Assembly: GCA_035316005.1 (NCBI GenBank)
Contig: DATFXK010000017.1
Location: 1-37,619 of the forward strand
Length of the DNA: 37,619 nt
Source: Acidimicrobiia bacterium
GTDB taxonomy: Bacteria; Actinomycetota; Acidimicrobiia; IMCC26256; JACDBD01
Direction: 5' to 3'
The position numbers and the translations under genes were made by a program. Shown piece after piece: positions 1 to 8,504 of the stretch; the stretch's first letter is position 1, and the number at the start of each line of letters is the position of its first letter. The notes beneath the pieces were generated by a model. It did not search any database. It was given only the letters and a program-made list of their open reading frames with translations, and was not told the DNA's origin.

Positions 1-229
1 GCTCACGTCCGGTGCGGGCGCCGCACGGCCGACCGGGTCCGGCGGACCGGCACCGCTGATCCGGCCGAGCCCCTGCTCGCCTCGCTCGCTCCGCTCGCTC
101 GGCTCGGGTCTTCGACCCGGGTCTCGGCCGGGCGGGCCGGATTGTCCGGCGGCCCGGCCGCCCATGCGGCGCCCCACACGTTCACCCCTCGATGAGCCCG
201 TCGGGGGGTGCGGGGTGGGGGCACGAGGG

Positions 230-258
230 TTGACCTGTGGGGAGTGGGGGCGTAGGGT
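230..258 (+). promoter_or_regulatory. Putative sigma-A promoter of the dcw operon
   Basis: TTGACC (230-235), 17-bp spacer, TAGGGT (253-258, TANNNT type), about 70 bp upstream of the mraZ ATG. Confidence 0.65.
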
Positions 259-280
259 GGCGCGAAGTGGAGGACGGGGG
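237..280 (+). promoter_or_regulatory. MraZ-binding GTGG repeat array
   Basis: GTGG/GGGG units at a 10-bp period (237, 247, 257, 267, 277) plus GTGG at 244. This matches the known MraZ operator architecture upstream of mraZ. Confidence 0.7.
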
Positions 281-327
281 AGCGATCCGCCGTCCATGGG
301 GCGACAACCGGCAGGCGAGGGAGCCAG

Positions 328-756
328 ATGTTCCTCGGGGAGTACCAGCACTCCCTGGACGCCAAGGGGCGGGTGATTCTGCCCTCGAAGTACCGCGACC
401 AGCTGTCGGGCGGCGCCTACGTGACCAAGGGGAGAGGCGGTTGCCTCTCCGTCTATGCGGCGCAGGAGTTCAGCGAGGTGGCCGAGCAGGTACGAGAGGC
501 GTCGAAGCGGGGTCGGCGGGAGCTCGACGCCGCACGGTCGTTCTTCGCCGGCACGGCCGAGGTCACCCCGGACAAGCAGGGCCGCATCGCGATCCCGCAG
601 CACCTGCGCGAGTACGCCGGCCTCGACCGCGACGTGGTCGTGGCGGGGGTCTTCTCCCGGGTCGAGATCTGGGACGGCCGGCGCTGGCAGGAGCGCGACC
701 GGGAGGGTGAGCACAGCCTCAACGAGTCCGACGAGCTGCCGGACTTCGGGATCTGA
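328..756 (+). CDS. mraZ: Division/cell wall cluster transcriptional repressor MraZ
   Basis: MFLGEYQHSLDAKGRV and DKQGRI repeats, VEIWD; GAGGAG RBS; first gene of dcw. Confidence 0.97.
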   Translation: MFLGEYQHSLDAKGRVILPSKYRDQLSGGAYVTKGRGGCLSVYAAQEFSEVAEQVREASKRGRRELDAARSFFAGTAEVTPDKQGRIAIPQHLREYAGLDRDVVVAGVFSRVEIWDGRRWQERDREGEHSLNESDELPDFGI

Positions 757-818
757 CGAGGACGCAAGGCAGGCACGACCAGCACAGAGCAGTTGACAAC
801 CAACGGTGAGGCCCGTTT

Positions 819-943
819 CGGGCCTGCCACCAGCCCCCTGGGCGACACGGTTGAGAGCCCCTACTCCGCCCGCTTTCCAACCGAGTCGATTCGGGGAGAC
901 AACCGAGCGGCGCTCGTTGTCCGGGGGGCTGGTCGCAGGCCCG
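819..943 (+). ncRNA. Structured cis-RNA between mraZ and rsmH (mraW-motif-like)
   Basis: Outer stem 819-827/935-943 and 829-841/921-933 closes two inner hairpins (843-888 with a C-rich loop; 898-921). Position matches the actinobacterial mraW RNA motif. Confidence 0.55.
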
Positions 944-966
944 GGGGCGCACGAGGGGGCGCGCGG

Positions 967-1902
967 GTGCCGGAGTTCGTACATCAACCGGTGATGGGCC
1001 GGGAGGTCACTGAGCTCCTGACGCCGGTGCCCCCCGGGCTGATCGTCGACGCGACGGTCGGCGGCGGCGGGCACGCCCGCCTCGTGCTCGAGGCCCGGGA
1101 CGACGTGCGCGTCCTCGGCATCGACCGTGACCCGGACGCCGTGGCCGCGGCCCGGGACGCATTGGTGGGGTTCGGGCGACGAGCCCGCGTGGTGCGGGGA
1201 GGGTTCGAGGACCTCGCCGAGATCGTGAGCACCGAAGGCGAGGGGAACATCGTGGGGATCTTGTTCGACCTGGGCGTGAGCAGCCCGCAGCTCGACCGGC
1301 GCGAGCGCGGCTTCTCGTACTGGGCCGACGCGCCGCTCGACATGCGGATGGACAGCGCCCAGGAGCTGACCGCGGCCGAGGTCGTGAACACCTACAGCGA
1401 GGACGACCTCGCCGCCGTCATCGCTGGGAACGGCGAGGAGCGGTTCGCACGCCGCATCGCGCGCGCGATCGTCTCCGCCCGGCCGCTTTCGACGACCGGC
1501 GAGCTCGTCGACGCCGTGCGGGCCGGCATCCCGGCGCCGGCGCGGCGGCGCGGCCGTCACCCGGCCCGCCGCACGTTCCAGGCCATCCGGATGGAGGTCA
1601 ACCGGGAGCTCCCGAACCTGGCGGCCGGGCTGGACGAGTCGGTGCACCTGCTCACCCCGGGCGGCCGCGTCCTGGTCATCGCGTACCACTCCCTCGAGGA
1701 CCGTCTCGTGAAGCGCCGCTTCGCCACTTGGGCGGGACGCGAGGACACCGAGCCCCCCGGGATGCCCGTGGCGCGACCGCGGCACCCGCTGGTGCGCATC
1801 CTCACGCGCCGGCCCCGCCGGCCGGCCGCCGACGAGGTCGCCGCGAACCCACGGTCGGAGAGCGCGCGGCTGCGCGCCGCCGAGAGGGTGCAGCCGTCGT
1901 GA
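967..1902 (+). CDS. rsmH: 16S rRNA m4C1402 methyltransferase RsmH (MraW)
   Basis: HQPVM, DATVGGGGH, DLGVSSPQLD, RGFS, PLDMRMD, FQAIRMEVN, HSLEDRLVK, NPRSESARLR. Start set to GTG 967 after GAGGGG rather than 793. Confidence 0.96.
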   Translation: MPEFVHQPVMGREVTELLTPVPPGLIVDATVGGGGHARLVLEARDDVRVLGIDRDPDAVAAARDALVGFGRRARVVRGGFEDLAEIVSTEGEGNIVGILFDLGVSSPQLDRRERGFSYWADAPLDMRMDSAQELTAAEVVNTYSEDDLAAVIAGNGEERFARRIARAIVSARPLSTTGELVDAVRAGIPAPARRRGRHPARRTFQAIRMEVNRELPNLAAGLDESVHLLTPGGRVLVIAYHSLEDRLVKRRFATWAGREDTEPPGMPVARPRHPLVRILTRRPRRPAADEVAANPRSESARLRAAERVQPS

Positions 1903-2411
1903 GCAGCGCGGCCACCACCCTCCGAGCGGCGCGTCCGGCCGCGCGACGTGCGCCAACGACGTCGCGCGCCGCGCGGCCGGCGCCGCTTCGGAGCCCGTCG
2001 GCGACGCGCAAGCCGCGGCTGCGCCTCGTCGACACCGAAGCCCGGGCGCAAGCACGCCGCGTCCGGCTGGTCGCATGGCTGGTCGGCGCGCTGGTCGTCG
2101 TGGCGCTGCTGGCGGCGGTTGCGTTCCACGTCCAGCTCGCCCAGGGCCAGCTCGAGCTCGATCGACTGGAGCACAAGACGGCCGCCGCGCGCGATCGGTA
2201 CCAGCAGCTGCGTCTGCAGTTCGCCCAGCAGTCCTCGCCCGCGGCCATCACCTCCCGGGTGGCTGCGCTCGGCATGGTCCACGACGGCGACGTTCCCACC
2301 TATCTCGTCGTCCCCGACGCCGGCCCCTCCACCCCGTCACCCGACCAGACGTCCACGACGCTGCAAGACGGGTGGAAGAAGGTGAAGCCCCACCTTGGCA
2401 CCCAGCCGTGA
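1899..2411 (+). CDS. ftsL: Cell division protein FtsL-like
   Basis: GTGA overlap with the rsmH stop; basic N-tail, one TM helix, coiled coil ending in ALGM; position between rsmH and ftsI. Confidence 0.75.
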   Translation: MSSAATTLRAARPAARRAPTTSRAARPAPLRSPSATRKPRLRLVDTEARAQARRVRLVAWLVGALVVVALLAAVAFHVQLAQGQLELDRLEHKTAAARDRYQQLRLQFAQQSSPAAITSRVAALGMVHDGDVPTYLVVPDAGPSTPSPDQTSTTLQDGWKKVKPHLGTQP

Positions 2412-4542
2412 CGCGCGCCTGACCCGAGGGCGCCGGACGGACCTCCGGAGCGGCAGGGTCACGAGACTCCAGCCCCGGGCGCGCCCGCTCCCGTCGCCGG
2501 CGGCTCGACGGACGGCGCGGCCGTCCCCGGCGCGCGTCCAACCACTTCGCCGCGTCGGACGCACCGAGCCGCGCCGGCCGAGCGGCGGGCCACGCAAGCC
2601 GCCGGTCCGCCGGGGGCCCGTCGTCGGGCCGTTCCTCCTGAAGGCGGCGCACACGGGGCAGCGGATCGCACGCGATCGCCTCGCGCCGGCGCTCCGGCGG
2701 GCCGGGCACACCGCGCACGAGGTCGGGCGCGATCAGCTTGCCGGTCACCGGCAACGGAGGCGGCAGCGGCAGGCGAAACTGCGCGCCTGGCGGCCGCGGC
2801 CGGGCACGACGCGGCGGCGTCTGGTCGCGCTGCTCGCAGCGCTCGTCATCGTGTTCCTGGTCGTCGGCGCCCGCCTCGTCGACCTCCAGGCGATCGGCCG
2901 CGAGCGCTACGCGCAGCTCGGACTGGACCAGCGTGTCCGCACCGTCGACCTTGCCGCCGAGCGGGGCAGCGTGTTCGATCGGAACGGCCACGACCTCGCG
3001 GCGTCCGTCCCTCAGCAGACCGTGTGGGCGAACCCGCGGGTCGTGAAGGACCCGGCCGCGTACGCGGCACAACTTGCACCCGTCGTCGGCGTGGACGAAG
3101 CGTCGCTGCGTGATCGTCTCGCCGAGCACAACAAGGGGTTCGTCTACGTCGCCCGCAAGGTCGACAGCGCGACGGCGCTGAAGGTGAAGGCACTGGCGCT
3201 TCCCGGTGTCGACTTCGTCCCGGAGTCGAAGCGGTTCTATCCGGACGGCTCGCTCGCCGCTCCCGTGCTCGGCTTCGTCGGCACCGACAACAACGGCCTC
3301 GCCGGGCTGGAGTCCCAGTACGACCACCGCGTCGCCGGGAAGCGGGGCGTGCTCCAGGTCGAGCGTGACCCGCAGGGCCGCCAGCTCCCCGGCGGCGAAC
3401 GGCAGGTGCGCCAGCCGCAACGGGGCGGCGACCTCGTGCTGACCATCGACCAGGGGCTGCAGTACGAAGCCGAGCAGGTGCTGACGGACGGAGTGACGAG
3501 CGCAAACGCGAAGGGCGGGATGGCGATCGTGCTCGACGTCGCGACCGGCAACATCCTCGCGATGGCCAACGTCGAGGGCGCCGGCCCGGGCCACCCGGCG
3601 CGTCCGGCGCCGGCCGATCAACGCAACCGGTCCGTCGTCGACGTGTACGAGCCCGGCTCGACGAACAAGGTCATCACGGTGGCCGGCGCCCTCCAGGATG
3701 GCGTGGTGAACGCCGACTCGCCGTTCCCGACGCCGGGTCAGCTGACCATCGGCGGCACCGACTACAAGGACGAGGCGTCGCACCCCAGCACGATGAGCGT
3801 GCACGACATCGTCCGCCTGTCGTCCAACGTCGGCACGATCCAGATCGCGCGCAAGCTCGGGAAGGAACGCTTCGATGCGTATCTCCGCGCATTCGGGTTC
3901 GGCCAACCCACCGGGCTCGGGTTCCCGGGCGAGGCGAACGGGCTCGTGCTCCCGCTCTCGCAGTACACGGACACGAGCATGGCGTCGATGCCGATCGGCA
4001 ACGGCCTCGCCGTCACCGCCATGCAGATGCTCGACGTGTACACGACGATTGCCAACGGTGGCACCACTCGTCCGCCCCGTCTCGTGGGAGCGACGCTCGA
4101 CGAGAACGGCGTACGCCGCGACGAGCCGATGCCGGAGTCGCGACCCGTCGTGTCGCCGACCACCGCGGCCACGATGCGCTCGATGCTGAAGGACGTCGTG
4201 GCCAGCGGCACCGGCACGAAGGCGCAGATCGCCGGCTACGACGTCGCCGGGAAGACGGGGACGGCCCGCAAGCCGCCCTACGACAAGCCGCCCTACAAGT
4301 ACGTGGCGTCGTTCGCGGGCTTCGCTCCCGCCGACTCGCCGCGGCTCTCCGCCATCGTCGTGCTGGACGAGCCGCAGAACGACTACTTCGGCGGACAGGT
4401 GGCGGCGCCCGTCTTCTCCCGCATCATGGAGTACGCGCTGCGGATGGAGCGGGTCCTCCCGACGAGCAACGTCTCGACGCCCGCCCCGGCCGCGTACGGC
4501 GCCCCCGCCGCCCCGGCCGATACCCTGACGCATTCCCCATGA
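2395..4542 (+). CDS. ftsI: Class B penicillin-binding protein FtsI/PBP3
   Basis: RGSVFDRNG, RFYP, GLESQYD, LTID, EPGSTNK (SxxK), SSN, KTGT. Start uncertain (TTG 2395). Confidence 0.93.
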   Translation: MAPSRDARLTRGRRTDLRSGRVTRLQPRARPLPSPAARRTARPSPARVQPLRRVGRTEPRRPSGGPRKPPVRRGPVVGPFLLKAAHTGQRIARDRLAPALRRAGHTAHEVGRDQLAGHRQRRRQRQAKLRAWRPRPGTTRRRLVALLAALVIVFLVVGARLVDLQAIGRERYAQLGLDQRVRTVDLAAERGSVFDRNGHDLAASVPQQTVWANPRVVKDPAAYAAQLAPVVGVDEASLRDRLAEHNKGFVYVARKVDSATALKVKALALPGVDFVPESKRFYPDGSLAAPVLGFVGTDNNGLAGLESQYDHRVAGKRGVLQVERDPQGRQLPGGERQVRQPQRGGDLVLTIDQGLQYEAEQVLTDGVTSANAKGGMAIVLDVATGNILAMANVEGAGPGHPARPAPADQRNRSVVDVYEPGSTNKVITVAGALQDGVVNADSPFPTPGQLTIGGTDYKDEASHPSTMSVHDIVRLSSNVGTIQIARKLGKERFDAYLRAFGFGQPTGLGFPGEANGLVLPLSQYTDTSMASMPIGNGLAVTAMQMLDVYTTIANGGTTRPPRLVGATLDENGVRRDEPMPESRPVVSPTTAATMRSMLKDVVASGTGTKAQIAGYDVAGKTGTARKPPYDKPPYKYVASFAGFAPADSPRLSAIVVLDEPQNDYFGGQVAAPVFSRIMEYALRMERVLPTSNVSTPAPAAYGAPAAPADTLTHSP

Positions 4543-4561
4543 ACCAGCGGGAGGACGGCCC

Positions 4562-6052
4562 GTGCGCCTGCACGAGCTCCTCGGCGGAATCGGCGTTCTG
4601 GGGTGGGTGGGGGACCGGGGCGTCGACGTGAGTGCCATCACGCACGACAGCCGTCGCGTCGCGCGCGGCAGCTGCTTCGCGTGCATCCCCGGCGCCGTGA
4701 CTGACGGCCATCTGCACGCGCCGGCCGCGGTCGACGCCGGCGCGGTCGCGTTGCTCGTCGAGCGGGAGCTCGACCTCCCGGTTGCGCAGGCGCGCGTGGC
4801 CACCGTCCGCGCTGCGCTCGGCCCGGCCGCCGCAGCGTTCTACGGCCACCCGTCCCGGCATCTGCACTGCCTCGGCGTGACCGGTACCAACGGGAAGACC
4901 ACCGTCACGTACCTGATCGAGGCGATCGCGCGTGCGGCCGGACAGCGCGTCGGCGTGATCGGGACGGTCGGCGCCCGGGTCGATGGCTCGGCGCTGCCGC
5001 TCGAGCGTACGACGCCCGAGGCCGACGACCTCCAGGCGATCCTCGCGCGCATGCGCGACGACGGCGTACGAACCGTGGCCATGGAGGTGTCGTCGCACGC
5101 GCTCGACCAGCACCGCGTCGACGGGACATGGTTCGCCGCCGCGTGCTTCACGAACCTGAGCCAGGACCACCTCGACTACCACGGCTCGATGGCGGCGTAC
5201 TTCGAGGCGAAGGCGCTCCTCTTCGACCCCGCCCGGACCGGAGCGACGGCGGTGAACGTCGACGATCGGCACGGACTCGAGATCGCGCGGCGGGCCCGTG
5301 ACGCGGGGCTGCCCGTGATGACATTCGCCGAGTCCGGCGGGCCGCGCAGCACGCCGGTCGACGTCGTCGCCGAGGACGTCGAGCCGAGCAGCGCCGGAAC
5401 GCGGTTCGCGCTCGTCATCGGCGAAACCGGCGAAAGCGCCACCGTCGAGTCGCCGCTGCTGGGCAGGTTCAACGTCAGCAACGCGCTGGCGGCTGCGAGC
5501 ACCGCCCTCGTCGCCGGCCTTCCGCTCGACGCCGTCGTCTCGGGGCTGCAAGCGCCGCTCGCGATCCCGGGCCGCCTGGAGCGCGTCGACGCGCCCGGTC
5601 ACCCGTTCACGGTGCTCGTCGACTACGCCCACACGCCCGACGCGCTCGAGCGTGTGCTCGACACCGCACGCCGGCTCGCGCCCGGTGGCCGCGTGATCGT
5701 CGTGTTCGGTTCCGGCGGCGACCGCGACCGGCAGAAGCGACCGGCGATGGGACGAGCCGCGGCCACTGGCGCCGACAGCGTCGTGCTCACGTCGGACAAC
5801 CCCCGTTCCGAGGACCCCGAGCAGATCGCGCGCTCCGTCCTGGACGGACTACGCGATGGCCGGGCGAGCGTCGTCGTCGAACTCGACCGGCGCGCCGCCA
5901 TCCACGAGGCGTTGCGCTCCGCCCGGGCCGGCGACGTCGTGCTGATCGCAGGGAAGGGTCACGAGACCGGTCAGACGATCGGTGAGCAGACCATCCCGTT
6001 CGACGACCGGGTCGTCGTGCGCGAGGAGCTGGAGGCGCTCGGATGCGCCTGA
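4562..6052 (+). CDS. murE: UDP-MurNAc-dipeptide:meso-DAP ligase MurE
   Basis: GVTGTNGKTT, MEVSSH, DHLDYH, DYAHTPD, DNPR (mDAP-type), AGKGHE; GGAGGA RBS. Confidence 0.97.
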   Translation: MRLHELLGGIGVLGWVGDRGVDVSAITHDSRRVARGSCFACIPGAVTDGHLHAPAAVDAGAVALLVERELDLPVAQARVATVRAALGPAAAAFYGHPSRHLHCLGVTGTNGKTTVTYLIEAIARAAGQRVGVIGTVGARVDGSALPLERTTPEADDLQAILARMRDDGVRTVAMEVSSHALDQHRVDGTWFAAACFTNLSQDHLDYHGSMAAYFEAKALLFDPARTGATAVNVDDRHGLEIARRARDAGLPVMTFAESGGPRSTPVDVVAEDVEPSSAGTRFALVIGETGESATVESPLLGRFNVSNALAAASTALVAGLPLDAVVSGLQAPLAIPGRLERVDAPGHPFTVLVDYAHTPDALERVLDTARRLAPGGRVIVVFGSGGDRDRQKRPAMGRAAATGADSVVLTSDNPRSEDPEQIARSVLDGLRDGRASVVVELDRRAAIHEALRSARAGDVVLIAGKGHETGQTIGEQTIPFDDRVVVREELEALGCA

Positions 6053-7434
6053 ACGCGAAGGACGTCCTCGACGCCACGGACGGCGAGCTCATCGGCGCCG
6101 CCACCGCCCGCGCCGACTCGTACGCCATCGACACGCGTCGTCTGGAACCCGGCGGGTGCTTCGTCGCGTTGCAGGGCGACCGCGACGGCAACGACTTCGT
6201 CGACGACGCGTGGGCGCGCGGAGCGTCGATCGTCGTCGTCACGCGCCCACCGCATCAGGTTCCCGAGGGCTGCGCGGCCGTGAACGTGTCTGACACGCTG
6301 GCGGCCCTCGCTTCGCTCGGGCGCGCCGCGCGCCACCGGCTGGCTGCCGCGACCGTCGTCGGCATCACCGGTTCGGCGGGGAAGACCGCCACCAAGGACC
6401 TGCTCGCCGCCGCCCTCGGTCGGACGCATCGCGTGCACGCGAGCCCGGCGTCGTTCAACAACGAGGCCGGCGTCCCGCTCACCCTGCTGTCCGCGGGCGA
6501 GGACACCGAAGTCGTCGTGACCGAGATGGGCGCGCGGTTCGCCGGCAACATCACCGAGCTGTGCGCGATCGCCGAGCCGCAGGTCGGTGTGATCACGCAC
6601 GTCGGCATGGCCCACGCCGGCCTGCTCGGCGGGCGGGAGGGGATCGCGCGCGTGAAGGGCGAGCTGCTCGAGGCGCTCGATCGCCACGGCACCGCCGTCC
6701 TCGACGCCGGCGACGTGTTCACGCCCGCGCTGGCGGCCCGGACGCGCGCGCGTGTCGTCACCGTCGGCGTCGGCGACGTGCCGAGCGCCACGGTGCGGGC
6801 CGTGGACGTCGTGCTCGACGACGAGTTGCGCCCCCGCTTCAAGCTTGTAACGCCGTGGGGCTCGACGGCGGTGTGTCTCGCAATGCGGGGCGAGCGCCAG
6901 GCGGTGAACGCAGCGATGGCGGCCGCGGTGGCGCTGGAGCTGGGCGCGCCGCTCGACCGGGTCGTCGAAGGGTTGGCGCGCGCCCAGACGGCGGCTTGGC
7001 GCATGGACGTGACCCGCACCGACGAGGGCATCACGGTCGTCAACGACGCCTACAACGCGAGTCCCACGTCGATGGCGGCGGCGCTGCGCTCGTTCCGGTA
7101 CCTCGCCGCCGACAAGCGCCGGATCGCGGTCCTCGGTGAGATGCTCGAGCTCGGCGACCACGCCCGCGCCGAGCACCAGAAGGTCGGACGCCTCGCGGTG
7201 GCGTCGGACGTCGACGTGGTCATCGCCGTCGGCCCCGGAGCGCGACCGATCGCGGACGGTGCCCGTCTCGCCGGCGCCGGCCGCGCCCGAGTGATCGAGG
7301 TCGACGACGCCGACGCCGCCGTCGTCGCGGTCGCCGGCCTGGCCCGCGCCGGTGACGCGGTTCTTGTAAAGGCGAGCCGGGCCGTCGGGCTCGAACGCGT
7401 AGCCGAGGTGTTGACGGCGGCGGTCGGTGCATGA
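6043..7434 (+). CDS. murF: UDP-MurNAc-tripeptide:D-Ala-D-Ala ligase MurF
   Basis: GITGSAGKT, SFNNEAG, EMG, NDAYNASP, LGEMLELG, VKASR. Confidence 0.96.
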   Translation: MRLNAKDVLDATDGELIGAATARADSYAIDTRRLEPGGCFVALQGDRDGNDFVDDAWARGASIVVVTRPPHQVPEGCAAVNVSDTLAALASLGRAARHRLAAATVVGITGSAGKTATKDLLAAALGRTHRVHASPASFNNEAGVPLTLLSAGEDTEVVVTEMGARFAGNITELCAIAEPQVGVITHVGMAHAGLLGGREGIARVKGELLEALDRHGTAVLDAGDVFTPALAARTRARVVTVGVGDVPSATVRAVDVVLDDELRPRFKLVTPWGSTAVCLAMRGERQAVNAAMAAAVALELGAPLDRVVEGLARAQTAAWRMDVTRTDEGITVVNDAYNASPTSMAAALRSFRYLAADKRRIAVLGEMLELGDHARAEHQKVGRLAVASDVDVVIAVGPGARPIADGARLAGAGRARVIEVDDADAAVVAVAGLARAGDAVLVKASRAVGLERVAEVLTAAVGA

Positions 7435-8504
7435 TCGCACTGCTGCTGGCGGCGTCGGTGGCGTTCCTGCTCAGCGTATTCGGGACTCCCTTCCTCATCC
7501 GCGTGCTCCGCGCGCGCGGGATCGGTCAGACGATCCGCGACGACGGCCCGTTCACGCATCCACACGCGGCCAAGGCCGGGACACCGACGATGGGCGGGAT
7601 CGCGATCATCGTGAGCGCGTTTGCCGGCTACGTCGTCGCTCACATCCGAACGGAGCAGCTCAAGTTCGCGCGCGCCGGCGTCACGCTGATGCTGTTGATC
7701 ATCGGGCTCGCCGCGGTCGGGTTCATCGACGACTACCTGGGCGTACGGAAAGGCCGGAACCTCGGGTTGCGCAAGCGAGGCAAGACCTCCGGCATGCTCG
7801 CGGTGGCGGTGGGTTTCGCGCTCCTTGCCCTGCGCTACGTCGACACGTCGACGAACCTCTCGTTCACGCGTCTCATCGACCTCGATCTCGGAACGTGGCT
7901 GTGGGCCGCGTGGGCGATCGTCATCATCTTCGGGTCGGCGAACGCCGTGAACATTACCGACGGCATGGACGGGCTCGCCGCGGGTGCGGCGACGCTCGTG
8001 TTCTTCGCGTTCACCGTCATCGCGTTCTGGCAGTTCCGGCACCCGGCCGTGTACGGGTCGCTCTCGATGGCGACCGCGCCCGGCGGCTTCGCCGCCAACT
8101 CGCTCGACCTTGCCGTCGTGGCGGCGGGAATGGCGGGCGCGTGCGCGGGCTTCCTTTGGTGGAACGCGGCACCGGCGCGCATCTTCATGGGTGACACCGG
8201 CTCGCTCGCCCTCGGTGGCGGCATGGCCGGGCTCGCGCTGCTGACCCACACCGACCTGCTGCTGCCGATCCTCGGCGGCCTGTTCGTCGTCGAGACGCTG
8301 AGCGTGATCGCGCAGGTCGTCGCGTTCCGCGGTTTCCACCGCCGTGTGCTGCGCATGGCGCCCGTCCACCATCACTACGAGGTCGGTGGCTGGCCGGAGT
8401 TCACCGTGATCGTGCGCTTCTGGCTGTTCGGCGGGTTGTGCGTCGCGTTCGGGCTGGGTCTCTTCTACGCCGACTTCATCCGAATCCCGGGAGTGATCGA
8501 TTGA
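7431..8504 (+). CDS. mraY: Phospho-MurNAc-pentapeptide transferase MraY
   Basis: KAGTPTMGG, GFIDD, NAVNITDGMDGL, IFMGDTGS, MAPVHHHYE; multiple TM helices. Confidence 0.97.
   Translation: MIALLLAASVAFLLSVFGTPFLIRVLRARGIGQTIRDDGPFTHPHAAKAGTPTMGGIAIIVSAFAGYVVAHIRTEQLKFARAGVTLMLLIIGLAAVGFIDDYLGVRKGRNLGLRKRGKTSGMLAVAVGFALLALRYVDTSTNLSFTRLIDLDLGTWLWAAWAIVIIFGSANAVNITDGMDGLAAGAATLVFFAFTVIAFWQFRHPAVYGSLSMATAPGGFAANSLDLAVVAAGMAGACAGFLWWNAAPARIFMGDTGSLALGGGMAGLALLTHTDLLLPILGGLFVVETLSVIAQVVAFRGFHRRVLRMAPVHHHYEVGGWPEFTVIVRFWLFGGLCVAFGLGLFYADFIRIPGVID

Noticed and set aside
3-365. Minus-strand 120-aa ORF at the window start
   Set aside because: No recognisable motif, and it overlaps the mraZ promoter and start
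793-966. 58-aa N-terminal extension of RsmH
   Set aside because: It runs through the structured RNA. Homology begins at FVHQPV, and GTG 967 has an RBS
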